Part shown: positions 34,518-43,152 of the stretch, piece after piece
Layout: every line of letters begins with the position of its first letter
Position numbering within the stretch: position 1 is the first letter of the stretch
Notes under the pieces: generated by a model
Seen by the model: the letters and a program-made list of their open reading frames with translations, nothing else
Databases searched by the model: none
What the model was told of the DNA's origin: nothing
Origin: an uncultured virus (IMG/VR IMGVR_UViG_3300022744_000004)
Taxonomy: Duplodnaviria; Heunggongvirae; Uroviricota; Caudoviricetes
Direction: 5' to 3' (one strand)
IMG/VR virus record: IMGVR_UViG_3300022744_000004
Span: 1-64,000 of that record
DNA length: 64,000 bases
Made by a program: the position numbers and the translations under genes

Positions 34518-37500
34518 ATGTCGTACCTTGTCGCGCTCCCCGATGGAACGAACGCAGAATTTCCTGACAACGTAACACCGGAGGAGGCGGCGAAGGTAAT
34601 TGCGCGACAGTTTCCCCCGGTACAAAAGGCCGAACCCAGCACGCTGAAGACCGTTGGCAGCAATCTGTTGGGCGGTGTTGCCGAGGCAGGACTCGGCTTT
34701 GGCGCGGCGGTGTCGCCGTCCGAAGACCTGACTAAATACCTCGACAAAAAGCGCGAGGAAGTGCGTCAGTGGCAAAAGGAAAATGGTGGTGACACGCTGG
34801 CCGGTATGGCAGCCTCTGGCGCGGGCACTATGGCCCCCGCGCTTGGTATCGAAGCGCTGGGCGCTGCGGCTGCCCCCGTCACCGGGGGCGCTTCGCTGTT
34901 GTTGGCAAACCTAGCCAACGCTGGGTTCTTTGGCATCCCCGCGTTCCGTGACACCTACAACGCCCAAAAAGAAGCCGGTGCGTCAACCGGTGTGGCGCTG
35001 CAGCACGCCTTTGCGGAAGCCGGTATGGCTACCATCGGCGGGAAGATCATCGGCTCCGGCGGCAAGATTTTGCCCAAGGCGCTGCAGGTCGGTGAAGGTG
35101 TGCTTGGCAAGATGGGTATGGCCGCTGCCGAAGGCGCGGTTTTTCCCGAAGCCAGCCGCTTGCTGGAGAAGAGTATTGACTTTGCCAACCAGAGGGAGAA
35201 CGACAAGTCGTTGTTCGTTGACCCAAAGGAAGCCGCCGCAGGCGCACTGTCGTTTGCCGGGTTGCGCGGTGTGCACCATGCGATGGAAGCGCCCCAGCGT
35301 GCCGAAGCCGCGAAGCAGCAGGCCGCAGCAGCCGCAGAAGCCAAGCGGCAAGAAGAGTTAAACGCCCCCACCCCTTACTCGGAGCTGACGCAGCCGACCG
35401 AGATGGATGTCAGCCCGGCCCGGCCCACCAACGAACAGCTCTGGGCGCAGCACGACGAGGCGGAAGCTGCCAAGGTGCAAGCCGCTGCCGACCGCGCCGC
35501 TGCCAAAGCGGCGGGTGACTATGATGCTGTACTGCGGCATACAGCCACGTTCAAAGAGCAGGAAGCGTTGCAGCAAAGCATCTTGCAAAACCCGGAGCTG
35601 GGGAAAAAGCCGGAGGCCGTCGCCGCTCCTGTCGAACAGACAGAAGATCAGCTACAAGCACGTCTTGCATGGCTGCACGGCGACCCCAAAGCCAAGGGCG
35701 CTGCCAAGAAGGGCCAGATCGACAAGGCGTGGGATGAAAAGCGCATGGATGACCATGACGCGCTTGTACAAGAAGCTGCCGACATTCAGTCCAAACTGAA
35801 CGAGCTGCAGACGGAGCGCGAAGCCCAGCGCAACGTGCCCACGGCAACCGAAGTCATGGAGTCCGGCGAGCAGGCGGCCCCGCTTCGCCGTACTGTGGCG
35901 GAGCAGATTGCCGAATTCAAAGAGCGGCAGGCGCGTCAAGACGCTGAAGCCGCGCGGGTAAAAGCAGAACAAGATGATCTGCAAGCGCAGCGCAACGCAC
36001 CGACCGCTACTGAAGTAATGGAGTCTGGCGAGAAGCCTGTGACGCGCCCGACAAAAACAGAGGGCGAGCAGTGGTTGCAAGAGCGCCGCACCGGTACCGA
36101 GATCGAGACAACCCAGCGCCAAGCCGCAGGGCGCGGGCCGATTGGTGACCAACATACTTTGCCTGTTGGCGAGCCGGAGCGCCTTCGTACGAACACGGCC
36201 ACACGCGATTCCCTCCTTGCCGATCTGAAGGCCGAGCAGGACAACGAAGCGAAAATCCGCAACACACTGCAGGCGGCACAAGCCTCTCGCGACAGCGATA
36301 CCGTGCGGCTGCAACAGAGCCTGCTGGACTCCAGCCGGGAAAAACAACGCGAAGTCATTGAACGCCTGAAGGGTTTCCGTGGCCGCAACAAGCCTGAGCA
36401 GAACGAAGCTGGCACCGCCCTGCAAGAGCAGTGGGGTATCGGCAAGACCGAAGGCGTGCAAGCCGCGCAAGATCGCGCCGCAGAAGGCACTCCGCTCATG
36501 GCGCATCGTGCCGAAGCCGCAGAGCGCGGCGAGCAGGGGCCGTACGTCCCCCTACCCTACTTGGAAGAGCAAATCCGCGCACTACCGCGCGACCTTCCTG
36601 CCGAGCAGCAGGCACTTGTGCAACGCCTGTCGGACAACTTGAAGGCGTTTTCTGCCGACCCAAACCGCGCCGAAATGGCGGCCGAGTGGATTCACGGCCT
36701 GCGCACCCGGCGTGCCACGCGCCCGGTAGCTGATGAAGTGAATGCCGATGTCGGGCGCAGCCGCGAGATCGCGAACGAGCTGGATCGGCTGGAGCAGGGC
36801 AAGCGGTCGGACGAAGGCCCGGCGCAGGGCGAGATGTTCTCTGGCGAGCACGGGCGTGGGCAAATCTTCTCCACCCCGGCCGAGATGCTGCGCTACCTCG
36901 GCGGCAACGTGCTCAGCAAGCTGCGCCAATCGCTGGGGCTTACCGGCGACACAGCACAGCGCAACATGCGCCGTGTGGAGAAGCTGCAACGCCGCATCGA
37001 CAAGCTGGAAGAGAACATCCGTGCAGAGCAGGAGAAGTACGACTCCGTTGCCAAGCAGCGCGATGCCGCCGAAGAGGCGCACAAACAGAGCCTGCGCGAT
37101 GCCCGCAATTTTCCCGGCGTCACGTTGCGCGACACCGCCGCAGACGCCGCACACGAAGCCGCGCTGGAACGCCTGAACGCAGTCAAGGCAAAGCTCGATG
37201 CCGAGCTGGAGCCGCTGCGTGGCGAGATGCGTGATGTGCAGGCCAAGCTGAAACGCACACTTGACTACTACACGGAGCTGAGTGGCTCTATTGCCGACAA
37301 CAGCACCATGCTGTTTCGCCACGGCGATCCGTCAATGGCGCTTAATGCCCAAGCACTGAAAGTTGCTGTCGAGCGTTTGAAGGAATTGTCCGATCTTCCC
37401 GCCACAAAGGAAAATTTTGAGGCGCAGGTTGAGCAGTTCGGCGTGGCCGACACGCTGAAACAGCGTATGCAGCTCCCGCGTGAGAAAACAGAGGCGGAGT

Positions 37501-40500
37501 TTTCTCTCGCAAACAAACAAAACCGCGAAGCCACCAAGAAAAATTGGGACGATATGCGGGCGCAGCAGCGCATTGTCTCGGAACTGTCGCAGCGGTTCGA
37601 GCGCATGTACACAGGCAACGACCCCCTTGTGGCTCGCCTGCTTGGTGAAAACCGTTTGATGCAAGAGCGGCTGTCCAAGGTGATGGATCATGCCGTCGAG
37701 CTTGGCCGTGCACTGGATCAGGCCGACACCAAGCTGCGCTCTAGCCCTGAGTTCAAGCGCATCTTGCGCGGCCAAAAACGCAGCACTGCTGTGCGTGGCA
37801 GCCAAGAGTTTGCAGATGTTGAACGCACCCGCGCAGAAGCCGAAGCCGCTGCAACCAAGGCCGAAGCCGCCCGCGCCACCGGGCTGAACAAGAAAGTCAA
37901 GCTGCGTGCATGGCAGCTCCGGCGTCTCAACAAACTGCACGGCCCGGCACGCGAAGCGTATATCAAGGCTATGCAGGGGTTGAACGAGCGCCTTGGTACC
38001 GCCAAGGCAAAAGTGTCCGAGCTGCTGGACTCGGTGCAACGTGCGCGTGATGAGCGCACACTGCAGTTGGAAGAAACCCAGCATGACCGCGAAGAGCGCG
38101 ATGCTGCGGAACGCAAGGCCGGTAATGAGCGCGGCTGGCAGCCGGAAGAGCTGCCCGAGTACATGCGCCAAGGCGACAGCCGCGTTGTGTCTTTTGAGAA
38201 GCAGCGCAAGATGCGCAACTTCCTCGCTGACCACGAGGCAAATGATGCCGAAATGAAGGAGCAGATCGACAACCTCGACGCCGCGCTCGCGCGTGAGGGT
38301 GTTAGCGAAGAAGACAAGAAAAAGCTCACCCAAGCGCGGAACAATCTGCGTTCGGATCGCTCCGAAGCCAAGGCGACCAAAGAGCGGTATCAGGCGGTGC
38401 TGGACGCCAGCACCGGCAAGATCGAGAAGCTGGATGAGAAACTGACGGCGCAGGCAAAAAATGTTGCTCGCTTGCAGGCAGAGTTCGATGCGACCGACAA
38501 AAAAGCATCTGATTACACCAGCCGCCGCGACGAACTCAAAAAGCAAAAGAACATTCTTGAAGAGCTGCAAGAAACACGGCGGCTCGCGCGTGGTATCGAA
38601 ACCAGCGAAATCGGCGTTAGCTGGAATGCCGAAGGCAAGCGGTACACCGCAGAAGAGTGGGCCAAGTTGTCCGACTCAGAACGCGCTGATGTTGCTATGA
38701 AGCGCCGGGGCTTCGACCCAGAAGAAGCCACCATTCGGTATGCCGAGATTGAAGACCAGCTCGACACCGAGACAAACCGCCGCGAGCGCGTGAAGCTGCT
38801 GCGCGAGCGTAACCGCCTGTCCATGCAGTTGACCGGCCGTATGCCCGAACGCAAGATCGGCCCGTACTACAAGAAAGAAACTGTCAGCTCTCGTATGCGT
38901 GCGGGCACCCCTGAAAGTGCTGAGCTGTCCAACAAGGGCGTCAGCGATACGCAGAACCCCATCCAGCAAGGTGGCAAGCCGCGTGAGAACAACCGCACCT
39001 TTGGCAAGGGCGAGATCAAGAAGTCAAACAAGATCGCCAAGACAATGGCTGACGTTGTAGCTGAAAAGCGCATGAGCGCCCAAGAACAGCATGACATGGC
39101 CGTCCAGTCAGCCGATGAGAAGCAGGCCGCATTGAAGGCAGCAAAACAACGGTTGAACGATGCGCGTGGAAAGGTCAGCGTGGATGAGTTCAAGGTGCTG
39201 CAGAAGCGCCTAGAAAACGCCATTGTTGAACGCAATCTGGCTAACAGCGAAGTGATACGTACCACGAAAGCGCTGGACGAAGGAGCCATTGCAAAAGAGG
39301 TTTCTAGCAGCGCCTTGGAAGACCGCAACAAGGAAGAGATTGCAGCAAGCAACGCTGCTGCAGCCGCCTTTAAGGGCAAGAAAACTGTCGAACAGCCTGT
39401 CGAGCGTCCGTCCGAAGCGCCCAAGAAAAAGGGGCGTAAGAAAGCCGCCCCCGAAAAGAAAGAACCGTCTGCTATTGATGACTGGGAAAACGGGCTTGAC
39501 ACCCCGCAGGATGAAGAAGTCTGGAACGACATGGATCACAACATCCTGTTCCGCTCCGATTCCAAAGCCCCGGCGGGCATGGATAAGGGTGACGTGCAAA
39601 AGGTCGTGGATGAGACAACCAAGGGCTGGAAGAACGCCCCCGAAGTTGTTGTCGTACAGAACGAGTCTGAGCTGCCCCTGCGCATCCAAGGCCGCATCCG
39701 CTTGCACAAAGAAAATGGCGCACAACGCGTGCCGGGGCTGCACGATAGCAAGTCCGGCAAGGTTTACCTGATCGCGGACGATGTGCGCGGTGCGCACGAT
39801 GCCCAGCTCACTGTGATGCACGAGATTGCAGGTCACCGTGGCTTGCGCGGCCTGTTGGGTGACGCCTACAACGAAACCATGCAGCGGCTGGCCGCTGGCA
39901 ACAAGGACGTTGCCGAGAAAGCCCGCCAGCAGATGGAGAAAGACCCGAACATCACGCATGAGGTTGCGGTCGAAGAAGTGCTGGCCGACATGGCAGAAAC
40001 CAACCCAGAGTACAGCGCCGTCAAGCGTTTCTTCTACGCCGTCAAGGCCGCGCTGTTCAAGGCGTTTGGTATCAAGCACGTCAGCGATGGCGAAGTGCGC
40101 CAGATCGTGGCAAATGCCCGCCGCTTCATTGAACGCGGGCCGGGCGGTGGCGGAGGCGGTGGGGGCGGAAGCGATGTGCTCTACCGTAGCAAACCTGCCC
40201 AAAACGCTGCCGAAGCCTTCGGTCGCCAATATACCGATGAGCGCGGTAAGCTGGCGAAACTGAACGCATCCAAGTCCCATCTGGGGCTTGCGGTCGAGCA
40301 GGCTGTAGTGGATATGCGTGCCTCACTGCGCCGGGCGCTCATGCTGGGCGACAAAAAGCTGGGCACGCAGGCGCTCTACGACCTGTCCAACACCGACGAT
40401 CTGACCAGTATGGTGCGGGCTGTACTGTCCAACGGTGGGTTCAAGATCACCAAGGACGCGAAAAACTACGATCAGGTAACCTCCGGCCATTCCGCTTCGT

Positions 40501-42974
40501 TTGTTGACGTGACCAAGGCCATCAGCGATATCCCCGGCGGTGACGCCCGCGCCAAGACCAATACGTTCTACGGCGGCATGATGGCGTTGCGCGGCATGAA
40601 GGTAGGCTGGGACAAGCTGAACTTCAAAGACCCGGTGCAGGCCGAGAAAGACGGTCGCGCGGCACTCGCGGCCATCAACGCTGACCCCAAGATGAAAGCC
40701 GCGTTCGACAAGGCCAAGGACACGTACAACGAGTTCAATCGCGGGCTGGTGCAGTTCGCCAAGGATACCCACGCATTACCGGAAGCCGTGGCAAACGCCA
40801 TGCTTGCCGACAAGGAGTACGTACCGTTCTACCGCGTCAACGGCGACTCGATTGACGTCTTGATGCCTGACGGCCACCCAATCTCGCTTGGCGACATTCG
40901 CAGCCAACCGTTCCTGCACTCGCTTGTTGGCGGCGACCAGAAGCTCATGCCGTTTGAAGACGCCGCATTCAAGAACGCTGGTGTGCTTACCGGCCTTGCC
41001 ATGCGCAACCTGTCCAGCAAGCGGATCGCCTACGCGCTGCAAGACCTTGGCTCCAAGGCCGGTGTCATGCAGATTCAACGCGGCAAGGGTGGTGCCGGGC
41101 AGGACGTGATGCGCTTCCGCCAAGCCCCGATGCGCCCTACGGGCGAAAAACTGCAAGAGCTGAATAAGGCCATTGCCGAAAAAATGGAACAACGCGAGGC
41201 CGCAGAGAAGGCGTTGGACAACGGGGGCAGTGCGGCGCAAGTAAAAGAACTGGAGCGCACAAAAGCGGAACTTGACGCGCTGCTTGCAAAACGCAACGGT
41301 TCGGACGACGATGGCTGGCGGCACATTGTGATCGACACCAAGGGCACCGCTGCCGAATACATCCCAACCGAGCTGTTGGCACAAAGCGTTGCCGGTTCCT
41401 ACGCCACGCTACCGTCATTCCTGAAGGTGGCTGGTTGGGCCAGCGACATCCTGCGCTCGGGTGTGACCCGTATGCCAACGTACCTCGTTTCGCAGGCCAT
41501 CAAAGACCCATTCAACGCGGCGATGCTAGGCAACCTGAAGGCCAACCCTGTGGCAGCCGCCATCAAGACGATTGGCAACTTCACCGGTAATCTGACTGGC
41601 AAGAGCGCGGATGCGCAGGCGCTGGCAAAGATGGGTGTGCTGCACAGCCAAGTGTTCAACGGTACACCGGAGGACATGAAAAAGGTGTACATGCAAATCG
41701 CCGGTAAGAATCAAGGCGCGTTCTCACGCTTTATGGCCGGACTGGATCACGCCGCCATGACCGCTGACGCTGCCACGCGCGAGCAGCACTACCGCGATGT
41801 GCTCAACTCCGGCGGCTCCGAAGTCGAGGCTGCGCTGGGTGCCCGCGAAATGCAGAACTTTACCAAGCGCGGTTCGTCCAGCACGATGCAGATGATCACC
41901 CGCATGATCCCGTTCTTCAACGCCCAGATTCAGGGCTTGAACGTCATGGCGAAGTCTGCCCAAGGCAAGATGGGCACCAGCGAGTTGCTGGACTCCAAGA
42001 ACAAATTCTACGCACGCGCTATGGGGTTGGCTGGCATGGCGTTCACCTATGCCATGATTATGGAAGACGACCCTGATTGGCAAAAGATGTCGCTGCGCGA
42101 CAAGGTGAATTACATTCACTTCCCCAAGTGGCTCAGCCCCACGGACGAGCCGCTGCGCTTCCCCGCTCCGTTTGAAACAGGCATGGCGTTCTACTCGCTG
42201 CCGGTGGCTATTGTGGAGTCCATGCGCAATGACTTTTCGCCAGAAGACTGGAAGACTGTACGCGAGTTGTTTGCCAACCAGTTGCCGGGCAACGGCAGCA
42301 TCATGCCTCAGTTGTTCAAAGGTACGTACGATGTCAGCCGCAACTACAACAGCGGCACCGGTATGCCTATCGAGCCAAAGGGCATGGAACACTTGTCGCC
42401 GGAGGAACGCTACAACCAACGCACCACGGAGGCCGCCAAGGCGATGTCCAAGCATCTCGTTGACATGGGTGTGAAGCTGTCACCGATGCAGATCGAGTAT
42501 CTGTCCAACGCCTATCTGGGCCAGTTCCCACAAGCTGTTGCCACGATGACTAACCAAGCGTTTGCGGACGCCAGCAAGGGCGAGAAGCCTACCGGCCATG
42601 CTTCCGACACACCGTTGATCGGGCGTTTCTTCCAAGGCAAGCGTACTAACGATGATGTGTCGCACGTCTATGAGCAGGCCAACGCTTCTATTGAAGCCAA
42701 GGACACCTACACGAAGAAGCTGAAAGACGGTCGCTCGGCTGAAGCTCTGGCGTACTTTGAGCAGCACAAGAAGGACATCGCGCTTGCACCGGCTATGCAG
42801 AAGTTCCAGACTGCCCTGCGTAATCTTGCCAAGGCGGAACAGGCCGTCACAAACTCCCCTGATATGTCAGGTGCCGACAAGCAGGAAAAACTGGATCGGC
42901 TGCGCGAAGCCAAGCAAACTATTGCGAAGCAGTATCGGGCGGCGGTTCAGAATGTCGGGGCGGCTTTACAGTAA
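34518..42974 (+). CDS. giant (2818 aa) polyvalent/ejection protein with zincin-like motif and LPD38-like C-terminus
   Basis: Long coiled coils; HEIAGH...EE motif; IPFFNAQIQG and SPMQIEYLSNAYLG resemble LPD38-region motifs. Confidence 0.8.
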   Translation: MSYLVALPDGTNAEFPDNVTPEEAAKVIARQFPPVQKAEPSTLKTVGSNLLGGVAEAGLGFGAAVSPSEDLTKYLDKKREEVRQWQKENGGDTLAGMAASGAGTMAPALGIEALGAAAAPVTGGASLLLANLANAGFFGIPAFRDTYNAQKEAGASTGVALQHAFAEAGMATIGGKIIGSGGKILPKALQVGEGVLGKMGMAAAEGAVFPEASRLLEKSIDFANQRENDKSLFVDPKEAAAGALSFAGLRGVHHAMEAPQRAEAAKQQAAAAAEAKRQEELNAPTPYSELTQPTEMDVSPARPTNEQLWAQHDEAEAAKVQAAADRAAAKAAGDYDAVLRHTATFKEQEALQQSILQNPELGKKPEAVAAPVEQTEDQLQARLAWLHGDPKAKGAAKKGQIDKAWDEKRMDDHDALVQEAADIQSKLNELQTEREAQRNVPTATEVMESGEQAAPLRRTVAEQIAEFKERQARQDAEAARVKAEQDDLQAQRNAPTATEVMESGEKPVTRPTKTEGEQWLQERRTGTEIETTQRQAAGRGPIGDQHTLPVGEPERLRTNTATRDSLLADLKAEQDNEAKIRNTLQAAQASRDSDTVRLQQSLLDSSREKQREVIERLKGFRGRNKPEQNEAGTALQEQWGIGKTEGVQAAQDRAAEGTPLMAHRAEAAERGEQGPYVPLPYLEEQIRALPRDLPAEQQALVQRLSDNLKAFSADPNRAEMAAEWIHGLRTRRATRPVADEVNADVGRSREIANELDRLEQGKRSDEGPAQGEMFSGEHGRGQIFSTPAEMLRYLGGNVLSKLRQSLGLTGDTAQRNMRRVEKLQRRIDKLEENIRAEQEKYDSVAKQRDAAEEAHKQSLRDARNFPGVTLRDTAADAAHEAALERLNAVKAKLDAELEPLRGEMRDVQAKLKRTLDYYTELSGSIADNSTMLFRHGDPSMALNAQALKVAVERLKELSDLPATKENFEAQVEQFGVADTLKQRMQLPREKTEAEFSLANKQNREATKKNWDDMRAQQRIVSELSQRFERMYTGNDPLVARLLGENRLMQERLSKVMDHAVELGRALDQADTKLRSSPEFKRILRGQKRSTAVRGSQEFADVERTRAEAEAAATKAEAARATGLNKKVKLRAWQLRRLNKLHGPAREAYIKAMQGLNERLGTAKAKVSELLDSVQRARDERTLQLEETQHDREERDAAERKAGNERGWQPEELPEYMRQGDSRVVSFEKQRKMRNFLADHEANDAEMKEQIDNLDAALAREGVSEEDKKKLTQARNNLRSDRSEAKATKERYQAVLDASTGKIEKLDEKLTAQAKNVARLQAEFDATDKKASDYTSRRDELKKQKNILEELQETRRLARGIETSEIGVSWNAEGKRYTAEEWAKLSDSERADVAMKRRGFDPEEATIRYAEIEDQLDTETNRRERVKLLRERNRLSMQLTGRMPERKIGPYYKKETVSSRMRAGTPESAELSNKGVSDTQNPIQQGGKPRENNRTFGKGEIKKSNKIAKTMADVVAEKRMSAQEQHDMAVQSADEKQAALKAAKQRLNDARGKVSVDEFKVLQKRLENAIVERNLANSEVIRTTKALDEGAIAKEVSSSALEDRNKEEIAASNAAAAAFKGKKTVEQPVERPSEAPKKKGRKKAAPEKKEPSAIDDWENGLDTPQDEEVWNDMDHNILFRSDSKAPAGMDKGDVQKVVDETTKGWKNAPEVVVVQNESELPLRIQGRIRLHKENGAQRVPGLHDSKSGKVYLIADDVRGAHDAQLTVMHEIAGHRGLRGLLGDAYNETMQRLAAGNKDVAEKARQQMEKDPNITHEVAVEEVLADMAETNPEYSAVKRFFYAVKAALFKAFGIKHVSDGEVRQIVANARRFIERGPGGGGGGGGGSDVLYRSKPAQNAAEAFGRQYTDERGKLAKLNASKSHLGLAVEQAVVDMRASLRRALMLGDKKLGTQALYDLSNTDDLTSMVRAVLSNGGFKITKDAKNYDQVTSGHSASFVDVTKAISDIPGGDARAKTNTFYGGMMALRGMKVGWDKLNFKDPVQAEKDGRAALAAINADPKMKAAFDKAKDTYNEFNRGLVQFAKDTHALPEAVANAMLADKEYVPFYRVNGDSIDVLMPDGHPISLGDIRSQPFLHSLVGGDQKLMPFEDAAFKNAGVLTGLAMRNLSSKRIAYALQDLGSKAGVMQIQRGKGGAGQDVMRFRQAPMRPTGEKLQELNKAIAEKMEQREAAEKALDNGGSAAQVKELERTKAELDALLAKRNGSDDDGWRHIVIDTKGTAAEYIPTELLAQSVAGSYATLPSFLKVAGWASDILRSGVTRMPTYLVSQAIKDPFNAAMLGNLKANPVAAAIKTIGNFTGNLTGKSADAQALAKMGVLHSQVFNGTPEDMKKVYMQIAGKNQGAFSRFMAGLDHAAMTADAATREQHYRDVLNSGGSEVEAALGAREMQNFTKRGSSSTMQMITRMIPFFNAQIQGLNVMAKSAQGKMGTSELLDSKNKFYARAMGLAGMAFTYAMIMEDDPDWQKMSLRDKVNYIHFPKWLSPTDEPLRFPAPFETGMAFYSLPVAIVESMRNDFSPEDWKTVRELFANQLPGNGSIMPQLFKGTYDVSRNYNSGTGMPIEPKGMEHLSPEERYNQRTTEAAKAMSKHLVDMGVKLSPMQIEYLSNAYLGQFPQAVATMTNQAFADASKGEKPTGHASDTPLIGRFFQGKRTNDDVSHVYEQANASIEAKDTYTKKLKDGRSAEALAYFEQHKKDIALAPAMQKFQTALRNLAKAEQAVTNSPDMSGADKQEKLDRLREAKQTIAKQYRAAVQNVGAALQ

Positions 42975-43152
42975 ACAGCACGCCCAGCATACCGTTGTAC
43001 GCCCCCACCCTTGCACGGATGGGGGCGGCACTACCCAACACCTTCTTGCCCTGTTTGATGCCTGCCGTGGCGAGTAGCCACGGCTGCAGGGACGCCACGA
43101 AGAACGACTCGCCCGGCTTACACCGGTGCCACGGCAACGTCAGGCGGTTCAA
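42919..43152 (-). CDS. hypothetical protein, last gene of the leftward arm
   Basis: LPW...PGESFFV pattern; overlaps both neighbours. Confidence 0.6.
   Translation of the reverse strand: MNRLTLPWHRCKPGESFFVASLQPWLLATAGIKQGKKVLGSAAPIRARVGAYNGMLGVLFTVKPPRHSEPPPDTASQ

Noticed and set aside
34518..42974. Virion RNA polymerase (N4 or crAss-like) reading of the giant protein
   Set aside because: No DxDGD or T7-type polymerase motifs seen by eye; a profile search would be needed to exclude it fully.
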